Shown piece by piece: positions 29,383-39,659 of a stretch of DNA of 64,000 nucleotides. A program made the position numbers and the translations under genes. Below the pieces are notes generated by a model. That model ran no database searches and was not told the origin of the DNA. It saw only the letters and a program-made list of their open reading frames with translations. The first letter of the stretch is position 1, and every line of letters starts with the position of its first letter. This DNA is from Alkaliphilus flagellatus (lineage in GTDB: Bacteria; Bacillota; Clostridia; Peptostreptococcales; Natronincolaceae), in the NCBI RefSeq assembly GCF_018919215.1, contig NZ_JAHLQK010000001.1:92430-156429 (forward strand), in the 5' to 3' direction.

Positions 29383-30423
29383 CTATTTTAATAAATTTAT
29401 TGTAAACTCTTCTCCAACTTTTTTGAAATCATTACTCATTCTGCCGCTTTTATCAGGAAATTTAACAGCATAAGGAGTAAGATATAGTTTTTTTGCATTT
29501 TTATCAAGATTTCCATTAATAGTTTCTAACTTAAACATTCCATTATAGGCATTTGCACTGGACATAGAAAATTCAACTTGATTTCCTAAATCATCATGTC
29601 CTTTTAATAGCATATCGTAATAAATACCTTCTGATTCTTTTGAGAAATAGATTTTTTGTCCTAAATTATTACTAGTATATTTTTCTAATATAATCTCTTG
29701 GTCATTATCAAGCTTAAAACTATAATCAAGTAAAATGTCTTTAGTATTTAAAGCTAACTCATCTCCATTAGTTTTAAATTCAAATGCCCATTGTCCTGAA
29801 ACTGTTTTTCCATTAATAATTGGATCTGAGAACACAACTTTAACATTTAAGTCACCATTTAAATAATCTAAGTCACCATCGATATCATTTTTTATGTTAT
29901 GAAACATCACTTCTTCTACTGTATAATCATCTAGTTGCTTTGAGCTTCCGCTACCTCCATTATTTACTCTTTCTCCGTTTATATAAATACTAGAGCTTAA
30001 CGAAATTGAATCGTTTTCTAATTTCTCATTATATTTGGAAGTAGCTGAAACCACTAACTGATCATTGTCTAAAACAACTTCGTTTAATTGAATAGTTAGA
30101 CCATTTTTAGATATTGACTGATTTACAACTGTTTTATATTCATCTAAGCTTTTCTCTATTCCTAAGTAACTTACTATGTCGTAAGCAAGGGTGTTTGCAT
30201 ATGATAAAACATTATCACCTAAATTAGTTGTAAATAATGTTACTACTAATAGACCTATGGAAGCAGTTGATACATATTTTTTGTATAGAGTAGTATTCTT
30301 TCTTATAGATTTTTTAAAGATATTCTTTATTTTTCTTTTTTCAATATCAGTAAATTCCTCTTTATTGTATTCATTTAAATCCATTTCAACTTCATTTAAC
30401 AGATCATATATATTTTTTTTCAT
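29383..30423 (-). CDS. DUF4179-type putative anti-sigma factor (single TM, extracytoplasmic domain)
   Basis: Cytoplasmic N-terminus (MKKNIYDLLNEVEMDLNEY...), one TM (ASIGLLVVTLFTTNL), and an extracellular beta-rich domain. Separated from the upstream sigma gene by 4 nt. Confidence 0.5.
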   Translation of the reverse strand: MKKNIYDLLNEVEMDLNEYNKEEFTDIEKRKIKNIFKKSIRKNTTLYKKYVSTASIGLLVVTLFTTNLGDNVLSYANTLAYDIVSYLGIEKSLDEYKTVVNQSISKNGLTIQLNEVVLDNDQLVVSATSKYNEKLENDSISLSSSIYINGERVNNGGSGSSKQLDDYTVEEVMFHNIKNDIDGDLDYLNGDLNVKVVFSDPIINGKTVSGQWAFEFKTNGDELALNTKDILLDYSFKLDNDQEIILEKYTSNNLGQKIYFSKESEGIYYDMLLKGHDDLGNQVEFSMSSANAYNGMFKLETINGNLDKNAKKLYLTPYAVKFPDKSGRMSNDFKKVGEEFTINLLK

Positions 30424-30426
30424 TTT

Positions 30427-30981
30427 TTATCTCCTCTCTATAACATTAAACATACTTCTAAGTTTTCTTTTTCCTCTAGATACTCTGTTATAAATTACAT
30501 CTTTTTTCAATCCTGTTACCTTGCTTATATGGGAAACATCTTGTTCTTCAACATATAATCTAAGAAATAAATTTTTATCTTCATTTTTTAAGCAATTTAA
30601 TAATTCATCTAAATCTTTGTCTAAATCTTTTTTAGTAATTTCCTTAAAAATGTCATCCTCTGATATTATTTTTATATTATCTATATTTTCATTTTTTAAA
30701 TCTCTTAAATACTTCCGTCTATAATCAATAGTTTTATATTTTGATATTGCCGCCACCCAACTTTTAAAAGTACTTTTATCTTTATTAAAACTATATATAT
30801 TGTTCCAAATTCCTAAAAGTATATCATTTATACATTCTTCTTGATGACTTTCTAAGTTATATAAATGCTTCCTAACAATGGATTTAATAATCCATCCATA
30901 AGTATCTATAACATATTCTAGAGCTTTTTCGTCCCTGCTTTTTAGCCGATCAATAAAATTTTCTTCTGTAATCCTCCCCAT
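30427..30981 (-). CDS. sigma-70 family (ECF-like) RNA polymerase sigma factor
   Basis: Region 2 (DILLGIWNNIYSFNKDKSTFKSWVAAISKYKTIDYRRK) and region 4 HTH (EEQDVSHISKVTGLKKDVIYNRVSRGKRKL). Confidence 0.8.
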   Translation of the reverse strand: MGRITEENFIDRLKSRDEKALEYVIDTYGWIIKSIVRKHLYNLESHQEECINDILLGIWNNIYSFNKDKSTFKSWVAAISKYKTIDYRRKYLRDLKNENIDNIKIISEDDIFKEITKKDLDKDLDELLNCLKNEDKNLFLRLYVEEQDVSHISKVTGLKKDVIYNRVSRGKRKLRSMFNVIERR

Positions 30982-31357
30982 TCAGTTCCCTCCTTTCATA
31001 GGTTTACTGTTTAATTTGTCCGGACACTTAATACTTCGTACTCTATAATATATTATCTATCAAGAAATTGTAAAAATTTTTAGTAATAATATATCTACCA
31101 AATAGGCAGGTACATTTTGTCGAATTTTGCGGTTTAAAATTCATGGTGAATTTTAGGTTTATGAAGGAATAAAATGAAAATATGTCGAAAAGTATAGATT
31201 GCAATATAAAACGGTAGTACATATAATAATGAGATTAACAATAAAAACTACATAGATTCAAAGGTATTTGAATAAAGATTATAAAGTAAAAATAAACTAA
31301 TGTTTATTTAAGTTAAAGATTTTAAACTAAATCAATTAATATAGAGAGGTGTTCATA

Positions 31358-32644
31358 ATGGGAATAGTAGAGGTTGTAAAATATAATGGAAATCCAGATG
31401 TATTTGCTTGGAAATATCCGAATGAAGAGCTGGGAACTTGGACACAGCTTATTGTTAATGAATCTCAGGAGGCTATCTTATTTAAAGGCGGGCAAGCTCT
31501 AGATTCATTTTCAGCTGGAAGACATACTTTGGAAACTGCAAATATTCCACTTTTAAATAAAATAGTAAATCTTCCCTTTGGTGGACGTTCACCTTTTATT
31601 GCGGAAATTTGGTATATAAACAAGATAGTGTCCCTTGATGTAAAGTGGGGCACACCTACACCAATTCAGCTTCAGGATCCTAAATATGGAATATTTATTT
31701 CACTGAGATCTTTTGGTCAATTTGGGATTCAAATTGAAGATTCAAGAAAGTTTTTAATGAAGTTAGTTGGTACCCTTCCTGTATTTGATAAAGATAATTT
31801 GATAAGGTTTTTTAGAGGGATATACCTTACAAAGGCAAGAGATGCTATATCTTCCTATTTAGTACATAAAAAAGTAAGTGTTTTGGAGATAAATGCATAT
31901 GTTGATGAATTATCCGAGCATATAAAGGAGAAAATGGCACCTATAATGTCGGAATATGGAATAAAGCTAGTTAATTTCTACGTAAATGACATAAATATTC
32001 CAGAAGATGATTCTGGGGTGGCCAAACTAAAAGACGCTTTAGCAAAGCGAGCTGAAATGGACATTGTAGGATATAACTATATACAAGAACGCTCCTTTGA
32101 TACTTTGGACGGAGCTGCTACTAATCCTGGTTCAGCTCAATCTGGACTAATAGGAGCTGGAATTGGTTTAGGAATGGGGGCTGGTATGGGAGGTGCTATT
32201 GGTTCTCAATTTGGTGGGATAGTGGAAAATATAAATATAACAGCTAAAACAAAAAGCTGTCCTAACTGCGATGCTACTCTTAAAATAGAAAAGCGGTTTT
32301 GTGGTCGATGTGGATATAATTTTGATGATTCAATAGATAAAGAACAAATTATGTGCAGTAATTGTAATTATAAATATGATAAAAATGTAAAATTCTGTCC
32401 TGAATGTGGTGATCCATACAATCCTTGTCCAGAGTGTAAAGCAGATGTGAATATGGGTGCGGATAATTGTCATAAATGTGGGACTTCAATGCCAAGGCCA
32501 TGTTCTAACTGTGGTACATCAATAAAAGGGAAAAATAAATTTTGCCCTGAGTGTGGAATAAGCTTAGTAAAAAGATGTTCAAGCTGCAATTTTGAAATAG
32601 AAGGTAGTCCTAAGTTTTGTCCGGAATGTGGTAATAAAATGTAG
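31358..32644 (+). CDS. SPFH/Band-7 (YdjI-like) domain fused to five tandem zinc-ribbon modules
   Basis: N-terminal VEVVKYNGNPDVFAWKYP...SPFIAEIWYINK is SPFH/Band_7_1-like. A Gly-rich linker GAGIGLGMGAGMGGAIG follows. Then five CxxC-Xn-CxxC units (CPNC..CGRCG, CSNC..CPECG, CPEC..CHKCG, CSNC..CPECG, CSSC..CPECG). ATG at 31358 after AGAGAGGTG. Confidence 0.7.
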   Translation: MGIVEVVKYNGNPDVFAWKYPNEELGTWTQLIVNESQEAILFKGGQALDSFSAGRHTLETANIPLLNKIVNLPFGGRSPFIAEIWYINKIVSLDVKWGTPTPIQLQDPKYGIFISLRSFGQFGIQIEDSRKFLMKLVGTLPVFDKDNLIRFFRGIYLTKARDAISSYLVHKKVSVLEINAYVDELSEHIKEKMAPIMSEYGIKLVNFYVNDINIPEDDSGVAKLKDALAKRAEMDIVGYNYIQERSFDTLDGAATNPGSAQSGLIGAGIGLGMGAGMGGAIGSQFGGIVENINITAKTKSCPNCDATLKIEKRFCGRCGYNFDDSIDKEQIMCSNCNYKYDKNVKFCPECGDPYNPCPECKADVNMGADNCHKCGTSMPRPCSNCGTSIKGKNKFCPECGISLVKRCSSCNFEIEGSPKFCPECGNKM

Positions 32645-32668
32645 TTTTTGACTATGAGGAGGGATCAG

Positions 32669-33376
32669 ATGAAAAATAATAAAAGATTAGTTGCAAATAT
32701 TATAATATGTTTAATAATAGCAACTGTTACATTAGTGACTTTTTTCGTAGGCTTCTCAAAAGGTGAAAGAACAAGCTTTGACTATGCGAGCTTGATTTTT
32801 GTGATGATTTCAGAATTTGCCTTGTTTGCTGGATTGATTTTACTATCTGTAAATAGTGCTTATATGAAGACGGCACTTATTAGGTCAGGAATAATTACAG
32901 CATTGAGTGGTTATTGGATATTAACTACATTGGTGTCTTTGTTTTTTAGAGTAATATTCAATGATAACCTAGGCGGTTTTATTACAGTACAAATTATAAT
33001 AATGGGTATTACAGCTATTATTTGTATAACCTTGTTTATAGTCTCCTCTAATGTCCAAAGCTCTAACAATAATATAAGCCAGCAAAATTATTTGCATGAT
33101 GGGGAAAACATTGCGTTCTCTCTTAAAAGCAATGTAGAGTTTCAATCTTATAGAAATCACCTTGATGAATTATATGAAATTTTAAAATACAGTGATAAGA
33201 TTTCTACAAATGCGGCTTTAGATAGAGAAATCAATAATAAAATAACATTATTATCTAGCTATTTAAATGATAAAGAAATGAAAGAAGTTGAAGTAAATCA
33301 ATATATAGATAATATTATTTCCATGATTAAAGAAAGAAATATGATAACTCTTCAGGCAAAACGAGGAGGTTATTAA
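32669..33376 (+). CDS. membrane protein (4 TM + cytoplasmic coiled-coil tail), YdjH-like context
   Basis: Four hydrophobic helices, then a charged C-terminal 100 aa. ATG at 32669 follows an AGGAGGG RBS. Confidence 0.45.
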   Translation: MKNNKRLVANIIICLIIATVTLVTFFVGFSKGERTSFDYASLIFVMISEFALFAGLILLSVNSAYMKTALIRSGIITALSGYWILTTLVSLFFRVIFNDNLGGFITVQIIIMGITAIICITLFIVSSNVQSSNNNISQQNYLHDGENIAFSLKSNVEFQSYRNHLDELYEILKYSDKISTNAALDREINNKITLLSSYLNDKEMKEVEVNQYIDNIISMIKERNMITLQAKRGGY

Positions 33377-33415
33377 AATAATTTTAGTAGAGTTGAAAGC
33401 AAGGAGGAAAATAAA

Positions 33416-34273
33416 ATGGGAATAAACTATAGCAGCTATAATACTAACGACCAAGAAAGTCTTACAAATCCTAAAATACCGTGGTGGCTGTCTTTTCCAG
33501 CACTTACTATTATAACAATGTTATCTTTTCCAGTTGGAATATTTTTAATTTGGAAGAGAACTAAAGTTGATACTAATTCTAAAGGAATTATAATTACTGT
33601 ATTTGGTGGAATATTGGTTTTCATTGGAACCTTGGCTTTTGTAATACTAGTAATCCCACCACAAGATATTGACAATAGTGATATTAATGTGATTGTATTC
33701 TTTTTAATTCTAGGTTTTTCACTGATCTTCCTTGGTAGGAAAAAGAGAAAGGATGCAGAGAAGCTTAAAAAATATATATCGATTATCTTAACTAACAAAG
33801 AAACATCTATTAATAATATAGCGGCAGCCATACCAACATCATATAAAACTGCAAAAAAGGATATACAAAACTTGATTAAGAAAGGTTATTTAACTGGTAT
33901 ATATATTAACGAAGCAACAGGAGAAATTATTTTTCCTAGAGAGCAAAGATTAAATTATGGAAATGTGCATAGTAATCAAGAAACGCGTAGTAATCAAGCA
34001 CCACGTAGTAATGTATATACAAGTGTACATTCTACCACTACTACTAGTGGTAATGTTGATCCTGATACTGCAAGGAGGGTATTTGAAAACTTACAGCCTT
34101 TAATGGATATGGCATTTAATACTGATTCTAATATTAATACCAATACTAATAATAACAGGAATACTAATACATCAGAGACTGTTGTTGCTTGTAAAGGCTG
34201 TGGTGCCAATAATAGGATTATTAGAGGTAATTTAGCTGAATGCCAATACTGTGGTTCGCCAATTGATAATTAA
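33416..34273 (+). CDS. membrane-anchored protein with wHTH-like segment and C-terminal zinc ribbon
   Basis: 3 TM. The segment SINNIAAAIPTSYKTAKKDIQNLIKKGYLTGIYINEATGEIIF resembles a GntR/DeoR-like wHTH. An N/T-rich linker follows, then CKGCGANN...CQYCGSP. Confidence 0.45.
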   Translation: MGINYSSYNTNDQESLTNPKIPWWLSFPALTIITMLSFPVGIFLIWKRTKVDTNSKGIIITVFGGILVFIGTLAFVILVIPPQDIDNSDINVIVFFLILGFSLIFLGRKKRKDAEKLKKYISIILTNKETSINNIAAAIPTSYKTAKKDIQNLIKKGYLTGIYINEATGEIIFPREQRLNYGNVHSNQETRSNQAPRSNVYTSVHSTTTTSGNVDPDTARRVFENLQPLMDMAFNTDSNINTNTNNNRNTNTSETVVACKGCGANNRIIRGNLAECQYCGSPIDN

Positions 34274-34300
34274 GAAAGTGAGAAAATAGTCAAATAAATA

Positions 34301-34340
34301 AAAACATCTTTTCTTTTTCTATTAGAAAAGATGTTTTTTA
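34301..34340. terminator. bidirectional rho-independent terminator
   Basis: Stem AAAACATCTTTTC/GAAAAGATGTTTT followed by TTATTT. Confidence 0.6.
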
Positions 34341-34401
34341 TTTGTTAAAAATGTTTGTTTAATGGATTTAGATTTGCTAATATGTCAAAATCTAACATTC
34401 C

Positions 34402-35262
34402 TTATGCTAGTGATAGCATAATTAGCCCAATTATCATTACACATATACCAATTAGCTTTGTTTTACTCAAATCTTCTGACAGCAATTTAACGCCAAGAAA
34501 TGTTCCAATTAAAATACTGAGTTCTCTCATTGGTGCAACATAGTATACAGGGGTAAAAACCATAGCAGTTAAAACTAAAATATATGATAGTGGAGATAAT
34601 ATTGCTACTGTAAATACTTCTTTTTTATGATTAAGCATTAAATGTTTTATTTGATCCTTTCTACGTAATGAGTAAGGAGTGAGAAGCAGAATTCGCCCAA
34701 AATTTACTGACCAATCTAGCAGAATTGGCGGTAACATAAGTGTGCTTACTGCTATTTTATCAAAGATAGTATAAGAAGCAATTGTAAGACCACATAGGAA
34801 AGCGTAAATAAGAGAACTATCTTTATTTGATTTTAGGATTGACACAGGGTTTCCTGTAATTGTAACAATTCCTAATATCATTAGAAAGATACCAACCATT
34901 GCGGTTAAAGAAGCACTCTCATTTAAGAAAACAATAGCTATAATAGTTGAAAATAGTGGGCCTGTTCCTCTGGCTAAAGGGTATATAACAGAAAGATTTC
35001 CTATTCTATAACCTTTACTCAGCAATATAGTGTAAATAGAATGTAATGCTGCACTTCCTATAATAAAGAAAATAAAGTAGAATTTAAAATTAACCTCATA
35101 AATAAATAATGATGCCAAAGCAAAAGGTAAATAAACGATTGAAGAAATACATGAAAACAACCAAATAAAAGTTGTATTGCTTTCAATCTTTTTAGTAGCA
35201 TAATTCCATGTTGCGTGAAAAATTGCAGAAAGAATAATTAGTATAAAGCCTATGCCTGTCAT
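34402..35262 (-). CDS. EamA/DMT-superfamily transporter
   Basis: 10 TM with two EamA-like repeats. N-terminal AIFHATWNYATKK is typical. Confidence 0.7.
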   Translation of the reverse strand: MTGIGFILIILSAIFHATWNYATKKIESNTTFIWLFSCISSIVYLPFALASLFIYEVNFKFYFIFFIIGSAALHSIYTILLSKGYRIGNLSVIYPLARGTGPLFSTIIAIVFLNESASLTAMVGIFLMILGIVTITGNPVSILKSNKDSSLIYAFLCGLTIASYTIFDKIAVSTLMLPPILLDWSVNFGRILLLTPYSLRRKDQIKHLMLNHKKEVFTVAILSPLSYILVLTAMVFTPVYYVAPMRELSILIGTFLGVKLLSEDLSKTKLIGICVMIIGLIMLSLA

Positions 35263-35388
35263 TTTAATTCCTCCAATAATATTGATGTTTTTTTCTTGGT
35301 ATGTTAATTTTATATATAGAAATAATAGATGTAAAGCTCAAAAAATAGATAATAAATATCTAAAAATTAGATAAATGGGGAGATATAA

Positions 35389-36312
35389 ATGCTAAATTAT
35401 TTGGGGATAGAAGCTTTTTTAACTATTGTTAAAACTAAGACTTTAACGAATGCTGCTGAAGAATTACATCTTTCACAGTCAACCATAAGTTATAGATTAA
35501 AAGTTTTAGAGCAAGAGGTGGGTAAAAAGCTTTTAATTAGAAAAAAAGGTGTGCAAGAAATAATACTGACACCTTTTGGAGAAGAATTTATTAATATCTG
35601 CGAAAGATGGATGAGTCTTCAACAAGAGATGGAAATTTTAAAAAAGAGAGGAACAAAGCTGAGTATAATTATAGGAGGTGCTGACAGCTTTAACAGCTAT
35701 ATTTTGTCACCACTATATCAGAAATTGTGCCAACATAACCCAATTATAAATATAGAAATTCGTTCTCAACATACTGACGAATCGTATGAAAGTGTTGAAC
35801 GGAGAGATATTGATATTGCTTTTGTAAAAAAAGAAAGAATTATACCTAATGTATTGGTTGAACCTTTCTATGAGGATGAGATGGTTGTTGTCCGTTTGGC
35901 TACGGATTACCGAGTTCACAATGAACTAATTTCACCTGAAGAATTAAATAGTAATCATGAAATTTTTATGAATTGGGGACCATCTTATCAAATTTGGCAT
36001 GAAAAATGGTGGGATCCAATATCTAGCTCGAGAATAATAGTTGATACAGCTGCATTGGTTTTTTCACTAATGTATGATGAAAATCAGTGGGCAATCGTGC
36101 CCAGATCAATAGCAAATCATTTTATTATATATAAAAAGTTTATTATTCAAAAGCTTAAATATCCAGCCCCACCAAGAATATGTTATAAGATTAGGAATAA
36201 GCATATGAACAAAATGAAGCAGGAATGTCTTGAAATTTTAGAACACTATGCTAAAATTGTATACTCAACAGATGGTGAGGGCTTAAGTTTTCCAGTGGAT
36301 AGCAGTTATTAA
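35389..36312 (+). CDS. LysR family transcriptional regulator
   Basis: N-terminal HTH (LEAFLTIVKTKTLTNAAEELHLSQSTISYRLKVLEQEVG) with a substrate-binding domain. Confidence 0.8.
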   Translation: MLNYLGIEAFLTIVKTKTLTNAAEELHLSQSTISYRLKVLEQEVGKKLLIRKKGVQEIILTPFGEEFINICERWMSLQQEMEILKKRGTKLSIIIGGADSFNSYILSPLYQKLCQHNPIINIEIRSQHTDESYESVERRDIDIAFVKKERIIPNVLVEPFYEDEMVVVRLATDYRVHNELISPEELNSNHEIFMNWGPSYQIWHEKWWDPISSSRIIVDTAALVFSLMYDENQWAIVPRSIANHFIIYKKFIIQKLKYPAPPRICYKIRNKHMNKMKQECLEILEHYAKIVYSTDGEGLSFPVDSSY

Positions 36313-36329
36313 AAAATCATAATAACCTT

Positions 36330-36363
36330 GGGCCGAGCTGGAATTTAAATTCTAGCTCGGCCC
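36330..36363. terminator. bidirectional terminator, 17-bp stem
   Basis: GGGCCGAGCTGGAATTT/AAATTCTAGCTCGGCCC with one mismatch, sitting between convergent genes. Confidence 0.6.
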
Positions 36364-36388
36364 ATTCTTGGTTTATTAGATATCAGCT

Positions 36389-37144
36389 CTATTTTCGATA
36401 TGCTTCAAAGGTAATAATTTGATCTTGTTTTGTTGGATATTGTCCTAACTTATAATCTGAGGAGATAATAATATCTGAGAAACCGATACTTTCGAGAATC
36501 AATTTAAACTCCTCAACTCCATACCACCTAAGGGGGAAACGCTCTAATTCAGTTTGTATTAATTTTTTATTACGCCATTTTTCATATCGCATATGAGATA
36601 CAGTATATTGATTTATAAAGTTAACCTCTACAAGTGTTTCATTTAATGTGATTAAATCTCCTGTAGGAGTGGTCCAGGTTCTTGTTGAAGTAACTCCAGT
36701 TTTAAAATTCGTTTGCATAAAAATATCAATGATAAGTCGACCACCTATGGAAAGATGTTCGTAAAAGCATTTCAGTGCATTGATAGAATCATTTCTATTC
36801 TCTAGTAGTAAAAAAGAACCAGTAGGAACAATAACAGCTTCATATCTATGTGGCAGAGAAAAAGACTGCATATTTTCCTGATAAAGCTCAGGTTTAAGTC
36901 CTCTTTCTTTACAATAAGATTTGCATAAATCTAGCATTTCACAAGAAACATCTATACCGTCTACATTAAGTCCTGCATCCAATAGAGGAATTAATATACG
37001 ACCTGTTCCAACTGCTGGCTCAAGAATTCTTCCATTCAAATTTTCAAGTCTTTCCCTATAAAATTCAACATCTCCAAAAGAGTGACCAATAGGTTTATCT
37101 ATATCATATACTTCTGTAGAAAGCTTACTATAAAAGCTGAACAT
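36389..37144 (-). CDS. class I SAM-dependent methyltransferase
   Basis: Motif I ILEPAVGTGRILIPLLDAGLNVDGIDVS. 251 aa. Confidence 0.7.
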   Translation of the reverse strand: MFSFYSKLSTEVYDIDKPIGHSFGDVEFYRERLENLNGRILEPAVGTGRILIPLLDAGLNVDGIDVSCEMLDLCKSYCKERGLKPELYQENMQSFSLPHRYEAVIVPTGSFLLLENRNDSINALKCFYEHLSIGGRLIIDIFMQTNFKTGVTSTRTWTTPTGDLITLNETLVEVNFINQYTVSHMRYEKWRNKKLIQTELERFPLRWYGVEEFKLILESIGFSDIIISSDYKLGQYPTKQDQIITFEAYRK

Positions 37145-37242
37145 AGTATTTCACCTCCAATCTAAGTTAATATTAATAATATAATAATTAAATTTTCACC
37201 TTAATTCAAATAGAGAATCAACTTTAAAATCTATTAATTAGT

Positions 37243-38136
37243 TTAGATTTTTTTAATAGGCACATAGATTTCCATAGAAACTTTGCTATACTCCCAAGGA
37301 TGACAACGTTCGTCGTAAAACTCAAAATCTAGTTTTGTATCATCAATTTCATATCCAGAGTTTGGAAACCATTCTTCTAGTATATATTTCCAAGTACCTT
37401 GAATAGAATCTACAAAATCAGGGTCCTCAACAGAAGGGGTAGTAAATACAGCATAGGTTGCCGATGGAACCTCAAGTTTATACATATCTACCATAGCATT
37501 TTCAAAGCTGGTCACTTCTACTCCTAAAATATAGGAAAACTCGTCGGTTTCCATATTGGTATTCACGCAAATACCATACTCGCCATGTCTAGGGGGTGAC
37601 TGTGTTTCATATAGTTTAGCTTCCTTACCTTCAAGATTACAGTTATCCCAAAAAGCTGGTATATCTCGAGAATGGGCATTATTTCTTAGAGTTGTTTTAA
37701 ATTCATATCCAACTATTTTAAAGGAATCTCTGTTAATTATTTTAGGCTGCATTATAATACCTCCAGTTTTATTTTCTCTTAATTTTTTTAGATCAATCCT
37801 TTTAAGTAGACCAATTGGTGCGTGTATTCTATAAAAGCTTGGAGGATATCCAAAGGATTTTTTGAAAGCCTTTGTGAAACCAGCATGGGTTTCAAAACCA
37901 TAGGTTAAGGCGATGTCCAGTACTTTTTGTCCATTACTAAGATCATAGAGAGCATATTGAAGTTTACGCCTAGTTATATACTCCATTACAGGCATGCCAA
38001 CAAAACTGTTAAAGACTTTATAATAATGATATGTTGAAAATCCTGATATTTTAGCTAGTTCATCCACGGTTATTTTTTCTAGTATATGATCATCAATATA
38101 GTCTAAAGTTTTCTGTATTAAATTTAAGTAGTGCAT
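37243..38136 (-). CDS. AraC-family regulator with C-terminal GyrI-like effector-binding domain
   Basis: N-terminal AraC HTH pair (ITVDELAKISGFSTYHYYKVF...ALTYGFETHAGFTKAFKK) followed by a roughly 150-aa GyrI-like domain. Confidence 0.75.
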   Translation of the reverse strand: MHYLNLIQKTLDYIDDHILEKITVDELAKISGFSTYHYYKVFNSFVGMPVMEYITRRKLQYALYDLSNGQKVLDIALTYGFETHAGFTKAFKKSFGYPPSFYRIHAPIGLLKRIDLKKLRENKTGGIIMQPKIINRDSFKIVGYEFKTTLRNNAHSRDIPAFWDNCNLEGKEAKLYETQSPPRHGEYGICVNTNMETDEFSYILGVEVTSFENAMVDMYKLEVPSATYAVFTTPSVEDPDFVDSIQGTWKYILEEWFPNSGYEIDDTKLDFEFYDERCHPWEYSKVSMEIYVPIKKI

Positions 38137-38489
38137 TAGAGGCCTCCCTTCAAATAAAAACCTACCTAGGTTAATTATATAATATCAATATGAAGTAAAA
38201 TTTTCTTATCCTATTTTGTTACTTTTTAAAACTACATTACGATACATCCCATTTTAGCACAGAGTTAAAATAGAATTAAAAATTTTTACTGTTGAATCTA
38301 TTTGTTATTCACTTTATAAACAATGCTTGTAAAACTTTAAGGTGAATCTCAACATAAGTAAGTGACATTTATTTTGCCAAACAATTTTACTCGATCCTTA
38401 TAGTATAGTGCTAAAACATTCTAAATTTAAATTAATAATAACCCTCTATATAGGCAAAAATATATTTAAACTAGGAGGGAGTTGTTTTT

Positions 38490-39512
38490 ATGTTTATACC
38501 AAATCGAGTATTACTTGAAAAAGAATCCTTAGATTATCCATTAGGTAAAGAATTATATGATAGATTTAGAAATGATTCAGAGGTCGAAATTATAAAACTT
38601 ACATCAAATAAAATTAATCAATATATACCAGGGGAAGATATGTATAAAAAATATAGAGAGGGTAAAAAAACCCTAGTAGTTGGTACAAAAAAGAGTCTAA
38701 AGTTTCAAAGCTGTAAGCCATCGGCCCATTATCAGCTTCCATTGGTTAGCGGCTGTATGGGACAATGTGAATACTGTTATTTAAATACTCAATTAGGTGA
38801 TAAACCTTTTGTAAGGGTACATGTAAATGTGGATGATATATTAAATCAGGCTAAAAAATATATAGATGCAAGAAAACCAGAAATAACTATATTTGAAGGA
38901 GCTGCTACTTCAGATCCTATTCCAGTAGAGCCATATACTAATTCACTTAAAAAAGCTATAGAGTACTTTGGTAAAGAAGAATTTGCTAGATTTAGATTCG
39001 TTACTAAATATAATGACGTAGATAGCTTAATAGATGCAAAACATAATGGACACACAGAGGTTAGATTTAGCATAAATACGGATAAAATAATAAAAGAGTA
39101 TGAACATTATACAGCGGGAGTAAAAAGGAGAATAGAAGCTGCCGCAAAACTTGCAGATAGTGGATATCCTATAGGATTTATAATAGCTCCAGTATTTATA
39201 TATGATAATTGGAAAGAAGATTATAGAGAGCTTATAGATATGCTATATACAATTTTACCAAAGGACATAGATAAACCTATTGGCTTCGAGGTTATTTCCC
39301 ATAGATATACTACTAAAGCTAAAAATACTATATTGCAAGTTTTCCCAGAGACCACGTTGCCTATGAATGATGAGGAAAGAAAATATAAATATGGTCAATT
39401 TGGATATGGTAAATTTGTATATACAAAAGAAGAGCTGCAGGATATGAAGGATTTTTTTCAATTAGAGATAGATAGTAAATTTAAAAACAAGAATATAAAG
39501 TATATAATATAG
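38490..39512 (+). CDS. splB: spore photoproduct lyase (radical SAM)
   Basis: CMGQCEYC is a CxxxCxxC radical-SAM cluster motif at the expected position. 340 aa, with the typical SplB N-terminus. Confidence 0.8.
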   Translation: MFIPNRVLLEKESLDYPLGKELYDRFRNDSEVEIIKLTSNKINQYIPGEDMYKKYREGKKTLVVGTKKSLKFQSCKPSAHYQLPLVSGCMGQCEYCYLNTQLGDKPFVRVHVNVDDILNQAKKYIDARKPEITIFEGAATSDPIPVEPYTNSLKKAIEYFGKEEFARFRFVTKYNDVDSLIDAKHNGHTEVRFSINTDKIIKEYEHYTAGVKRRIEAAAKLADSGYPIGFIIAPVFIYDNWKEDYRELIDMLYTILPKDIDKPIGFEVISHRYTTKAKNTILQVFPETTLPMNDEERKYKYGQFGYGKFVYTKEELQDMKDFFQLEIDSKFKNKNIKYII

Positions 39513-39659
39513 ATAGACATTAGAATAAGCCACGATTTAACCTTACTCTCAGTTTCTTAAGGAGTTAGCTTATTATAAGCAGATGATAATCCCTAGGTTA
39601 ATATAAAAAATAATGGTACAATATATCTACATATATTAATTAAAGGGAGGAGCAGCAGA

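Noticed and set aside
30191-30724. Plus-strand ORFs 30191-30493 and 30521-30724 inside the anti-sigma and sigma genes
   Set aside because: They are embedded antisense to the sigma and anti-sigma pair, and their translations are hydrophobic and low-complexity.
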